DNA of 34,805 nucleotides from Coriobacteriia bacterium. Its GTDB lineage: Bacteria > Actinomycetota > Coriobacteriia > Anaerosomatales > PHET01. The notes below the pieces were generated by a model. That model was not told the DNA's origin. It did not search any database and saw nothing but the letters and a program-made list of their open reading frames with translations. Location of the stretch: NCBI GenBank assembly GCA_035462695.1, contig DATHUB010000226.1, positions 1 through 34,805 on the forward strand, written 5' to 3'. Positions 1 to 8,283 of this stretch are shown here, one piece after another (position 1 is the stretch's first letter; each line of letters opens with the position of its first letter). Made by a program: the position numbers and the translations under genes.

Positions 1-978
1 CGCGCTCTTTCCCTCGGACAGCCAGGAGTGCTCGACGTACTCCAGCACCTTGGCGGGGTCCGCGTCCTCAACGGTCAGACCCTTCTTGGCGAAGACCGCG
101 CCGTTTGGCAGGTAGCGGCTTCCCAGCTCCATCGACGGGTCGTTGAACACGCCCCAGGCGAGGAAGTTGCCGTGGCCGCCGCCGTAGCTGAGCGCGTCCG
201 CGTAGAACGGCGCGATGGCGAGGGTGTCGGGGATCATCGTGCTGTAGACCCAGTCGCGAACGCGCTTGAAACGGAACAGCACGTCGTCGAGCTTCTCCTC
301 GGTGGGGACCCACGAGGTACCGCCGGGGATGGAGGTCATGAAGTGCGGGAACTTGCCACCCATGACGGCGATGACGCGAGCGGCCTCTGCCTGCATCTCG
401 AGCGCCTCAAGGTAGTGCGCCACTGCTATCAGATGCAGTTCAGCGGGCATCTCGGCAGCGTATGCAGGGTGGCCGAACCAGCCGTTGGTGAAGATAGAAA
501 GCTGTCCACCCTCAACCAGCGTCTTCAGCTTGTCCTGGACTGCCCTGAAGTTGGCCGTCGAAGTACCGGCTGCCTCTGCCAGCGCATAGGTATCGGCGAT
601 GTTCGCCTCAAGGGCCTTGGACGGATCGACGTAGTCGAGCGCGGCGAGTGTGTAGAACCACAGGATGTGGCTGTGCAGGAACTCGGCCGCCTCGATAAGG
701 TTGCGGACGATTCGAGCGCCGTTCGGGATTGCTACGCCGAGTGCGTCCTCTGCGGACATGGTCGACGCGTGGCCGTGAGAGATCGGGCAGACGCCGCAGA
801 TGCGCTGCGAAATGTAGAAGGCGTCGGAGGGCTGACGGCCCTGCATTACGGTCTCCATGCCTCGGAAGAGGCCACCTGAGACCCAGGCATCGGTGATGAC
901 GCCATTGTCGACCTGACACTCGACACGCAGGTGACCCTCGATTCGGGTCACTGGATCGATGACAACGTTACCAGCCAC
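1..978 (-). CDS. [NiFe]-hydrogenase large (catalytic) subunit, group 1 membrane-bound uptake type. Only the N-terminal 326 codons are present; the 3' end runs off the left edge of the window.
   Basis: Absent from the ORF track because no stop lies in the window. My minus-strand translation from GTG 978-976 reads VAGNVVIDPVTRIEGHLRVECQVDNGVITDAWVSGGLFRGMETVMQGRQPSDAFYISQRICGVCPISHGHAS... This contains the conserved IDPVTRIEGH box and the RxCGxCxxxH nickel-binding motif. The GTG shares one base with the TAG stop of the small-subunit gene (TAGTG) and follows GGGAGG. The frame stays open to position 1. Confidence 0.93.
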   Translation of the reverse strand, partial: MAGNVVIDPVTRIEGHLRVECQVDNGVITDAWVSGGLFRGMETVMQGRQPSDAFYISQRICGVCPISHGHASTMSAEDALGVAIPNGARIVRNLIEAAEFLHSHILWFYTLAALDYVDPSKALEANIADTYALAEAAGTSTANFRAVQDKLKTLVEGGQLSIFTNGWFGHPAYAAEMPAELHLIAVAHYLEALEMQAEAARVIAVMGGKFPHFMTSIPGGTSWVPTEEKLDDVLFRFKRVRDWVYSTMIPDTLAIAPFYADALSYGGGHGNFLAWGVFNDPSMELGSRYLPNGAVFAKKGLTVEDADPAKVLEYVEHSWLSEGKSA

Positions 979-2195
979 TACTTATCGCCTCCCTTCGCTG
1001 TACGCTTGCGGTCGTAGTCCTTCATATCTTCAGTTGCGGGGCCTTCGCCGATACGGCCAGCGGCTTTCATTCCGACTCCGTGAACCGCTAGGGCGCCTAC
1101 GACGAGGCCGCCGGCAGCAGCACCAACCGTCGCGGGGTTCCAGTTGGTCGAACCGATGCCGACCTGGCGGAAGCGGGAGAGGAACGGAGCGTTCTGGTCG
1201 ACCCAGTTGAAGTCGCCGCAGCCAATGCACGGCGAACCGGACTCGACGCACCAGCTGGACTGGTTGTTCCAGCGCACCACCGGGCAGTTCGTATAGGTCT
1301 GGGGTCCCTTGCAGCCGACGGGGTAGAGGCAGTAGCCCTTGGCCTCCTCGGCAGAACCGAACTCGTAGACGAACTCGCCGTTCTCAAAGTGACCGCGACG
1401 CGGGCAGTTGTCGTGTACGGTCTGACCGAAGATGAGCTTGGGACGGCCGAACTCGTCGAGCTTGCTGACGAACTCGGGGGTGACCTTGCCCTCCGCGTCG
1501 ATGCCGCCGAGGATTACGGTGTCGATGACCATGGCCACGACCCACTCAGGGTTCACCGGGCAGGTAGGCAGGTTGACGACCGGAGTCGCGATGTTCTTCT
1601 TCGCGAAGTACTGCGACACACCGGTTGCCCACTCGTCCACGCCGGTCGGGTAGTTCTTCGCCTTCACGCTCGGCACCGAGCGAACCCACCCGCCGTCGAC
1701 GGCACAGGAGCCCACCGCGATGACCGCAGCGGCCTTGGGACCCACCTCATCGAGAATCTCGAGGCTGGTCCTGCCCTCGACCCTCAGTGTGTTGCCCTCG
1801 ACTCCGGTCATGACCGAACCCTCGTAAATCAGGACGAACTTGCCCTCGTTCTGCTCGGCAGTCGAACGCAGTGCCTCGTTGGCAGACTCGCCCGTCGCCA
1901 TCATTATCGTCTCCATGTAGTTCATGGAGAGGATGTCGAGGACGATCGTAGCGACATCCGGATTCGTGCTCTGTGCAACTGACTCAGTGCAACCGGTACA
2001 TGCACCGCCGTTGACCCACACGGCCGGGTAGAGTTTCGAGCTCGCTGCCTCTTCGACCGCGGCGGCTATCGTCGGTACCATCGTTTCGGAAAGCCCGAGC
2101 ATTGCAGCTACTGACCCGCAGAACTTCAAGAAGTCGCGACGGGTGACTCCGCGGTCGGCGAGGACGTCGTAGAACGCTCGATCCTCATGCGCCAT
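978..2195 (-). CDS. [NiFe]-hydrogenase small subunit, group 1, Tat-exported with a C-terminal membrane anchor
   Basis: ORF 978..2234. Preferred start is ATG 2195 (MAHEDRAFYD...), 8 nt after AAGGAGG. Twin-arginine signal GVTRRDFLKFCGSVAAMLG. Cysteine pattern of the Fe-S clusters: GGACTGCTES, GSCAVDGG, CPRRGHF, CLYPVGCKGP, CPVVRWN, SPCIGCG. Hydrophobic C-terminal helix AAAGGLVVGALAVHGVGM. Confidence 0.93.
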   Translation of the reverse strand: MAHEDRAFYDVLADRGVTRRDFLKFCGSVAAMLGLSETMVPTIAAAVEEAASSKLYPAVWVNGGACTGCTESVAQSTNPDVATIVLDILSMNYMETIMMATGESANEALRSTAEQNEGKFVLIYEGSVMTGVEGNTLRVEGRTSLEILDEVGPKAAAVIAVGSCAVDGGWVRSVPSVKAKNYPTGVDEWATGVSQYFAKKNIATPVVNLPTCPVNPEWVVAMVIDTVILGGIDAEGKVTPEFVSKLDEFGRPKLIFGQTVHDNCPRRGHFENGEFVYEFGSAEEAKGYCLYPVGCKGPQTYTNCPVVRWNNQSSWCVESGSPCIGCGDFNWVDQNAPFLSRFRQVGIGSTNWNPATVGAAAGGLVVGALAVHGVGMKAAGRIGEGPATEDMKDYDRKRTAKGGDK

Positions 2196-2694
2196 GCCAT
2201 ACACCTCCTTGTTTGATCCGTTCCGATTGTGCAATTGCTACGTGTCGGCCCGCTTGCACCATGGGGTGCGAGCGGTCACGGTTAGGCTCGCGGGTCCGGC
2301 AACCCTCCTCTCACACAGACTCAGGGGTGAGGGACAGAACAGTCCACACAGGTCGCACAGGCAGGCGACCGGCTAGAGACCAATGGGAAAGAGGAGGAAG
2401 AGCGGGTGGGAGAGGGGCCGGGAATTCGCGGATGACAAGGTGACCCGTGCTGCAGGCCTCCAGGCGAAGTTCCACACGACCCCCTCATCGCTCGGCGTAC
2501 CGGAGACAGTCCTCTGCCGTGCGAAGGCAGGAGTATGTCCGCCGGCACGGCTCACTCCTCTGGAAACATTCTACACGTAGCGAGACGGCAGGTGTCAGGA
2601 ATAGGAAGATGGGGAAGCCGCTGCTGAGGGGAGTACGGCGGCAATTGGGGAGATTCTCCCTTCGCGGGCAGGTACTCGCCCTCGGTATGCAGAA

Positions 2695-2997
2695 ATGAAC
2701 GGCATACCGGCAAATGGAGGCAATGTGGCGTACGGGTCTACTGGTGGATTGGTCGTGGATCTGCGGGGGTTTGATCCTAACCTGCGCCGAGCACTCGTAT
2801 TCTCGCTCGTCGACAAGCTCGTCGACCTGGAGTGTCGAGACCAGCTCGTACTGGTGAGCGACCACGAACCAGCCGGACTGGGTTACCAGATCGACCTGCG
2901 CAGAGAGACTCGCGGACGCTTCGAGTTCTCCTACGACAGACGTTCCGATGGGGCCTGGGTAGCGCTGATCCGGCCAAAGGCCGAGCGGGCAAACTAG
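2695..2997 (+). CDS. DUF2249 domain protein
   Basis: The 100-aa ORF has the pattern VVDLRGFDP..RRALVFSLVDKL......LVLVSDHEPAGLGYQI, which I recognise as the DUF2249 signature (lDvRgl.P..r...i......L..g..l.l..dHdP.pL.yq). In-frame GTG 2725, just after GGAGG, is an alternative start. Confidence 0.7.
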   Translation: MNGIPANGGNVAYGSTGGLVVDLRGFDPNLRRALVFSLVDKLVDLECRDQLVLVSDHEPAGLGYQIDLRRETRGRFEFSYDRRSDGAWVALIRPKAERAN

Positions 2998-3716
2998 CCG
3001 TCGGGCCTCATTGCGCGAATCAACGTGGCCACATCCGGCAGGTCCCCGACCCAGTGAGCGACTTCTCTGAGTAGCGGATCGCGACTCGGGCCTACGTAGA
3101 AGCTGCGCATTCCCGCGTCCACCGATCCAAGGTCGAGCACCGCGTCATCACCCACCATCATGCATTCAGAGGGGCTCACGCCCAGCTCTGACGCGACTCG
3201 GCGGAAATACTCCGGCGACGGCTTGCACGCGTACGAGTTCTCGTACGAGGTGACGAAGTCGAAGTCGTCCAGGTCGAAGCCCGCCCAGCGCGCCCGCTCC
3301 TGGATTGCCGCGTGAGGGAAGATCGGGTTGGTGGCCAGGGCTACCTTGAGCCCCAGCTCTCGTGACGCCGCGACCGCGTCGGCCGCGCCATCGCGCTGAC
3401 GGTGGCTGCGCTGCAGCGACGGAAACTGCTCCTCGTAGAAGGCCGCGATACTGCGCGCAGCTTCGCCGACCCCAAGGTCCAGCCCGGTCATCTCTATGAA
3501 TGTGGAGTTGAAGACGTCCCTGTTCGTCTGACCGGGATGGACACCCGACATGGCCTCGGTGCCTCTGACTACTGCTGCGAGACCGATAGCAGGGTCAGCC
3601 GAGTCGAGGAGGCGAGCGACCACCGGTCCGAGGAGCGCGAAGTAGTCGCGCAGAAACGGCTCCAGATCGATGTCCAGAAGCGTCCCGTCGAGGTCGAAGA
3701 GCACAGCTTTCAGCAC
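2994..3716 (-). CDS. HAD-superfamily hydrolase (phosphatase-like)
   Basis: N-terminal HAD motif I (MLKAVLFDLDGTLLD), a cap-domain-length insert and motif IV (MMVGDDAVLD). Its stop overlaps the stop of the convergent DUF2249 gene at CTAG 2994-2997. Confidence 0.85.
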   Translation of the reverse strand: MLKAVLFDLDGTLLDIDLEPFLRDYFALLGPVVARLLDSADPAIGLAAVVRGTEAMSGVHPGQTNRDVFNSTFIEMTGLDLGVGEAARSIAAFYEEQFPSLQRSHRQRDGAADAVAASRELGLKVALATNPIFPHAAIQERARWAGFDLDDFDFVTSYENSYACKPSPEYFRRVASELGVSPSECMMVGDDAVLDLGSVDAGMRSFYVGPSRDPLLREVAHWVGDLPDVATLIRAMRPDG

Positions 3717-3845
3717 GCAGTCGTCCCTTCATCGGCTGTCGCAATCGTAGCATTCGGCCCGTCAGAATGACCGCCGTGCCGACTTCATGGGAGACGCTCA
3801 TCGAGTCAAGCTCACCCGCCGTCTACCTGAACGTACCTTGACAGA

Positions 3846-3902
3846 GGGGATACCTAACGGGGTATGGTGTGAAGGGTGAAAATACCCCTAGGGGCATGCC
3901 CC
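3846..3902. promoter_or_regulatory. Array of G4/C4-containing heptamers forming overlapping palindromes directly upstream of the oxidoreductase gene. Candidate operator or structured 5' leader.
   Basis: GGGGATA (3846), GGGGTAT (3859-3865), ATACCCC (3882-3888, exact reverse complement of the previous one), CCCCTAGGGG (3885-3894, perfect palindrome), GGGGCATGCCCC (3891-3902, perfect palindrome). The array lies 20 nt upstream of the G-rich SD AGAGGGAG (3915-3922). Confidence 0.35.
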
Positions 3903-3922
3903 AGTGATATCGAGTAGAGGGA

Positions 3923-6900
3923 GTGTGGCAAGCGATGCCAGTTGTTGGTGACCGCCTGGAGACCCAACTCAGAGAGATAGTCGGCGAAGACCGCATTCGC
4001 ACCGATCAGCGCGAGAGGAAGATGTACTCGTTCGACATCGGCGCGATGCCGCGGCTCGTCAAGCCGTTCGTGCCAGCCGGCCTCGCCGGCGCCGTCGTGC
4101 GCCCGGCGAACGAGGCGCAGCTCATCGAAGTCGTTCGTCTCGCGCAGCGTGAGGGTTTCAAGCTCGTGCCGAGGAGCTGGGCGACGAGTGGCTACGGCGG
4201 AGTGCTCCCGCCCGAAGGCGCAGTCGTTGTGGATCTCTCTGGCTGGACTGAAGTGCTCAAGGTAGACCCAGAGGGTCTTGTCGTCCGCACGCAGGGCGGC
4301 GCAATCTGGGAGCAGATCGACCGTCACATCGCGAAGATCGGTCTTGCGCTGCGCCTTTACCCGTCGTCGTATCCGAGTTCCTCGGTTGCCGGGTGGCTTG
4401 CGCAGGGCGGCAGCGGCTTCGGATCCTACGAGTACGGGATGTTCAAGGAGAACGTCGTCTCTGCCCGTGTGGTACTTCCGAACGCCGAGGTCCGGGAGTT
4501 CTCTGGCGAGGACCTGCTGAACTACATTGCCGATGCCGAGGGCACGACCGGCTTCATTGTCGAGGTCGAGTTTCGTGTGCGTCCGCTCGAAGAAGAGGTG
4601 CACCGCCTCGTCGCCTTCGATTCGCCTGAGAGCATCGGCGCTGCCTTGACCGACATCTCGTCGCAGTCGCTGCCGATCTGGTCGATAACGTTCCTCAACC
4701 CCGAGTCGACACGGCTGAAGAAGCAGCTTCCGCATCAACACGGACATCCCTACGAGGAGGCCCACGAGCACTATCAGCCCGAGCTTCCTGAGAGTTACCT
4801 GGCCGTCATCGCCTATCCGGTATCGCGTCGCAGCGCCATCGACGCGTCACTCGGCTCCATAGCGGCCGCTCATGGCGGCTCTGAGCTGGAGCCGGAGGCG
4901 GCCGAGCACGAGTGGGAGCAGCGGTTCGCTCCAATGCGACTCAAGAGAATCGGCCCGTCGATCGTGCCGACCGAGGTCATCGTGCCGCTTGCTGAGATGC
5001 CTGCGGTGCTTGGCGAGATCGCCGACAAGATTCACCAGCCCTTCATTCTCGAGGGCATGGTGGGTAAGGGCGACAAGGTCGTCTTGCTCGGCTTCATCCC
5101 TCATGACGAGCGTTCTTTCAACTTCAACCTCGCGTTCGCGCTGTCGCTGTCGGTCATAAAGATCGCGAAGGCGCATGGCGGTGCCGCGTATTCAACGGGG
5201 CTGTACTTCCGTCGCGAGGCGTCGAGCGTGCTTGGAAACGAACGGCTTGAAGCACTGAGGTCGTTCAAGCGCTCCGTGGACCCGAAGGACATTCTCAACC
5301 CCGGCAAGGTCTATGGATCGGGCGGGGTTTTGGACTTCATCATGGGCAGCGCGGCCGCTTTCGAAGGCGTCGTGCGACCACTGGCGAACGCCGCCAAGCC
5401 CCCTGCGGGACCCGGAGATCTCAGCAAGGACGTCAACGGTATCCCCGGTGACGTGGCATTCATGGCCTACGCCTGCGCGCGGTGTGGCTACTGCGTCCCG
5501 ACGTGCGAACAGTACTCTGGTCGCGGATGGGAGTCGCAGTCGCCCCGCGGCAAGTACGCCTTCATTCGCGAGGTGATGGCCGGCAAAGAGAAGTGGGACC
5601 GCAAGGCGATCGACACTATGCTCGTGTGCACGACGTGCGAAGTCTGCAACACCCGCTGCCAGCTGCAGCTCCCCATCGAGCACAACTGGATGGAGATGCG
5701 CGGGAAGCTGATCCATGAGGAACAGCGCGGGACATTCCCGCCGTTCGAGATGATGGCATCTTCGCTGCGCGGGGAGAACGACATCTGGGCCGGCAAGCGA
5801 GAGAATCGCGCCGATTGGGTGCCGGCCGATGTTGCCGAGAAGATTCCCGAGCAGTCGGACATCCTCTACTTCGCCGGATGCACCGCCAGCTACGTTGAGA
5901 CAGATATCGCCGAAGCTTCCATCCGCCTTCTGCAGGATGCCGGCTACTCAGTCGGCTACATGGGCAAGGACGAGGCGTGCTGCGGTATTCCCATGAAGGT
6001 CGCTGGCAAGTGGGACCTCTTCGAGGAGATCTACGACCACAACGTCTCTGAGGCCCGCAAGCGCGGGGCGAAGACGATCGTGACCTCGTGTCCGGCGTGC
6101 GGTCTCGTCTGGAAGGAGCTCTACGCGGCGATCGCAGCCGAAAGAGGGGAGGAGTACGAGTTCGAAATCAAGCACTACTCGGAGCTCGTCGCTCCGGCTC
6201 TTGCCGACGGCCGGCTAGTACTCAACGAGAATCCTCTCGAGGGCAAGACCGTCACGTTCCATGACTCCTGTCACATGGGTCGTGCGCAGGGCAACTACGA
6301 GCCGCCTCGCGATCTGATCAAGGCGATCCCCGGGATTGACTTCGTTGAGATGGAGCACAACCGAGAAGAGGGTTTGTGCTGCGGTTCCGTACTGACGCTC
6401 GTGGGCGAGAAACCGGTGGCGCCGGTTCTCGGCGGACACAGGTTGCAGGAGGCGGTTGACGCTGGAGCGGACACCGTCGTGGCACTGTGTCCGTGCTGCC
6501 AGGTTCAGTTGCGCGACAGCAATATCAAGAACAACCTGGGCCTGAAGATCGACGACCTCTCTCGTATCGTGGCCGAGGCCGCTGGTTACACCATCCCTGA
6601 GTCGACCGAGTACTCCATGTACATGTGGGGATTCTTCGACAAGTTCATCGACCTGCTGGAGCCGGAGAAGATGGCTCAGTTCATGACGCGGATCTTCCCG
6701 CAGATGCTTGATGCGATGCCCGCTGGGATGAAGCCGATGATGCTTGGCATGAAGCACGTACCCGGCGGTCTGGCAATGATGGAGAAGATGATGCCGCTGA
6801 TGTTCCCGGCCATGGCACCCGCGATTCTCAACAAGGTCATGCCCGACATGATTCGCGAGGTTGAGGATGTCATGGGCGAGATGCCGCCTGACATGGCAGA

Positions 6901-7036
6901 ACTGATGCCCGATCTGCTGCCCAAGACGATGGACTCGCTCATGCCGACCTACTTGCCTCAGCTCATACCGCACCTCGTGCCGTTGTTCATCGACTTCCTG
7001 CGTGACTACGACGAGGCGTCAGCCAGCGCCGCATAG
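3923..7036 (+). CDS. Fusion oxidoreductase. It joins a FAD-linked oxidase (GlcD/D-lactate dehydrogenase-like), a 2x[4Fe-4S] domain and two CCG (GlcF/HdrD-like) domains, and carries a Met-rich C-terminal extension. Same overall architecture as E. coli YdiJ-type 2-hydroxyacid dehydrogenases.
   Basis: FAD-binding PCMH-type region: VVRPANEAQLIEVVRLAQREGFKLVPRSWATSGYGG...SVAGWLAQGGSGFGSYEYG. Ferredoxin-type motifs: CARCGYCVPTCEQY and CTTCEVCNTRCQLQLP. Two CCG modules: YFAGCTASY...CCGIPM and FHDSCHMGR...CCGSV...CPCCQVQL. Start is GTG 3923 directly after GAGGGAG; in-frame ATG 3935 is an alternative. Confidence 0.9.
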   Translation: MWQAMPVVGDRLETQLREIVGEDRIRTDQRERKMYSFDIGAMPRLVKPFVPAGLAGAVVRPANEAQLIEVVRLAQREGFKLVPRSWATSGYGGVLPPEGAVVVDLSGWTEVLKVDPEGLVVRTQGGAIWEQIDRHIAKIGLALRLYPSSYPSSSVAGWLAQGGSGFGSYEYGMFKENVVSARVVLPNAEVREFSGEDLLNYIADAEGTTGFIVEVEFRVRPLEEEVHRLVAFDSPESIGAALTDISSQSLPIWSITFLNPESTRLKKQLPHQHGHPYEEAHEHYQPELPESYLAVIAYPVSRRSAIDASLGSIAAAHGGSELEPEAAEHEWEQRFAPMRLKRIGPSIVPTEVIVPLAEMPAVLGEIADKIHQPFILEGMVGKGDKVVLLGFIPHDERSFNFNLAFALSLSVIKIAKAHGGAAYSTGLYFRREASSVLGNERLEALRSFKRSVDPKDILNPGKVYGSGGVLDFIMGSAAAFEGVVRPLANAAKPPAGPGDLSKDVNGIPGDVAFMAYACARCGYCVPTCEQYSGRGWESQSPRGKYAFIREVMAGKEKWDRKAIDTMLVCTTCEVCNTRCQLQLPIEHNWMEMRGKLIHEEQRGTFPPFEMMASSLRGENDIWAGKRENRADWVPADVAEKIPEQSDILYFAGCTASYVETDIAEASIRLLQDAGYSVGYMGKDEACCGIPMKVAGKWDLFEEIYDHNVSEARKRGAKTIVTSCPACGLVWKELYAAIAAERGEEYEFEIKHYSELVAPALADGRLVLNENPLEGKTVTFHDSCHMGRAQGNYEPPRDLIKAIPGIDFVEMEHNREEGLCCGSVLTLVGEKPVAPVLGGHRLQEAVDAGADTVVALCPCCQVQLRDSNIKNNLGLKIDDLSRIVAEAAGYTIPESTEYSMYMWGFFDKFIDLLEPEKMAQFMTRIFPQMLDAMPAGMKPMMLGMKHVPGGLAMMEKMMPLMFPAMAPAILNKVMPDMIREVEDVMGEMPPDMAELMPDLLPKTMDSLMPTYLPQLIPHLVPLFIDFLRDYDEASASAA

Positions 7037-7065
7037 AAGTCTCCGACTTCCCATACTGCTTGCGC

Positions 7066-7090
7066 GTGAGGGCCCTTCCGGGGCCCTCAC
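7066..7090 (+). terminator. Rho-independent terminator-like hairpin after the oxidoreductase gene
   Basis: GTGAGGGCCC-ttccg-GGGCCCTCAC forms a perfect 10-bp GC-rich stem with a 5-nt loop, followed by TTCGTGTTCGG. Confidence 0.65.
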
Positions 7091-7159
7091 TTCGTGTTCG
7101 GCGAACCCTGTTGGAGGTCTGTGTCTAAAGTCATAGCGTGACCAGCCGATATCTGACGT

Positions 7160-7858
7160 ATGAACACAACAGTGGGCAAAGACGGCACCCTCGCGAAACT
7201 TGCGGCAATACCGATGTTCTCGGACCTCGCTCCCGACGCGCTCGAAGTGCTCGGTGGCATGGTGCAATATCGGCGATACGCCAAGGGCGCAATCATCGTC
7301 AGGCAGAACGAGATCGGGACCTGCATGTTCCTTCTCGTCTCCGGCCGGGTGAAGATCGCGCTTGCCAGCGCGGACGGCAAGGAACTCGTGCTTAACCACG
7401 TCGAAGCGCCCGCCCATTTCGGTGAGATGGCCTTGGTCGACACGCTGCCGAGAACTGCCGACGTCATCGCAGTGAGCGACGTCGAGCTATTCTCGTTGGA
7501 CGGCAAGGATCTGTCCGCGGCAATTCAGCTGCAGCCCCGGCTTGCCCTATCGCTTATTGCGACGCTCTCCAAGCGCCTACGTCAGACGATCTCTCGGCTC
7601 GAGGACATGGCCTTCCATGACGCGACACACCGGGTGATGCGTGTGGTGCTGAATGTCGCGACCGCCGGCCTTGAGACACGTGGGACTCCTGTTGTCCAAG
7701 GCATGACGCACTACGACATCGCGACCCTTGCCGGAACCTCGCGTGAGACGGCAAGCCGGGTGATTTCGATGTTGGCGCGTGAGGGTATCGTGACCACCAA
7801 GGGGCGTCGCATCTTTGTCGACCTGGAAGCTCTCACATTTCGTCTGCAGCTGAGCTAG
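7160..7858 (+). CDS. Crp/Fnr-family transcriptional regulator (cNMP-binding domain plus C-terminal HTH)
   Basis: Effector domain: IPMFSDLAPDALEVLGGMVQYRRYAKGAIIVRQNEIGTCMFLLVSGRVKI...HFGEMALVD..PRTADVIAVSDVELFSL. HTH: MTHYDIATLAGTSRETASRVISMLAREGIV. There is no N-terminal Cys cluster, so it is not an O2-sensing FNR type. Confidence 0.9.
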   Translation: MNTTVGKDGTLAKLAAIPMFSDLAPDALEVLGGMVQYRRYAKGAIIVRQNEIGTCMFLLVSGRVKIALASADGKELVLNHVEAPAHFGEMALVDTLPRTADVIAVSDVELFSLDGKDLSAAIQLQPRLALSLIATLSKRLRQTISRLEDMAFHDATHRVMRVVLNVATAGLETRGTPVVQGMTHYDIATLAGTSRETASRVISMLAREGIVTTKGRRIFVDLEALTFRLQLS

Positions 7859-7884
7859 CCGCGCCACGACTGTATAGCGCTGAT

Positions 7885-7904
7885 GCGCCGCCTTTGGGTG
7901 GCGC
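7885..7904 (+). terminator. Terminator-like hairpin after the crp-family gene
   Basis: GCGCCGCC-tttg-GGTGGCGC forms an 8-bp stem with one G-U pair, followed by TCTTCGTTTCGG. Confidence 0.55.
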
Positions 7905-7985
7905 TCTTCGTTTCGGGGCAGCCCTGAATTGGTAGAAACTGCCGAGAGAAGCCGGATGCTGGCCCACCGACCGATGGAGGAAGCG

Positions 7986-8213
7986 ATGAAGGAGTTCACG
8001 CTCGAGGAACTTGCGAAGTTCAATGGGGCCGGAGGCAACCCGGCCTATGTCGCATACAAGGGCACCGTGTACGACGTCACAGAAAGCGCGATGTGGGGAG
8101 ACGGCGATCACGAGGGGTTGCATAGTGCGGGTCGCGATCTCACCGATGAGCAGGCCGACGCGCCCCACGATGTTTACGTGACGGACTTCCCGGAAGTCGG
8201 ACGGCTGGTCTAG
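7986..8213 (+). CDS. Cytochrome b5-like heme/steroid-binding domain protein (75 aa)
   Basis: [53 protein letters not shown] matches the small bacterial cyt-b5-like family ([10 protein letters not shown]..g.paYvavkGkVYDVs.s..W..G.H...H.aG.DLT). Preferred start is ATG 7986, after GGAGGAAGCG; the ORF track extends to 7929. Confidence 0.75.
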   Translation: MKEFTLEELAKFNGAGGNPAYVAYKGTVYDVTESAMWGDGDHEGLHSAGRDLTDEQADAPHDVYVTDFPEVGRLV

Positions 8214-8233
8214 CCAGCGTTAGCAGCAAGTTC

Positions 8234-8265
8234 GAGGCGTCTCTCCGCATGCGGTGAGACGCCTC
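8234..8265. terminator. Bidirectional terminator hairpin between the convergent cyt-b5-like and rRNA methyltransferase genes
   Basis: GAGGCGTCTC-(12 nt, itself CCGCATGCGG)-GAGACGCCTC forms a perfect 10-bp stem, with TTCACGTCTTCTG downstream. Confidence 0.65.
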
Positions 8266-8283
8266 TTCACGTCTTCTGAAGAA

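Noticed and set aside
28-879. A 283-aa plus-strand ORF at the left edge. The same applies to other long ORFs antisense to strong genes: 1389-1982 (+), 3854-4771 (-), 6215-6973 (-), 8220-9005 (-), 9112-10359 (+), 10745-11656 (-), 15419-16138 (-), 18490-19512 (+), 20367-21353 (-), 23627-24466 (-), 25282-26079 (-), 27105-27716 (-), 30023-30859 (-), 30646-31602 (+) and 34102-34704 (-).
   Set aside because: Each lies opposite or out of frame to a gene with unmistakable conserved motifs. Their translations are Arg/Pro/Gly/Ala-rich low-information sequence, typical of shadow frames in GC-rich DNA, and none shows a recognisable domain or a convincing SD.
2994-2997. The convergent DUF2249 and HAD genes share their stop codons in the palindrome CTAG, with no terminator between them.
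   Set aside because: The observation is real but a common consequence of compact genomes, and there is no evidence of functional significance.
7120-7135. CRP-like half-palindrome TGTGTctaaagTCATA, 25 bp upstream of the crp-family gene (possible autoregulation).
   Set aside because: Only 8 of 10 consensus positions match and the mismatches are not symmetric. This is too weak to call without comparative or binding data.
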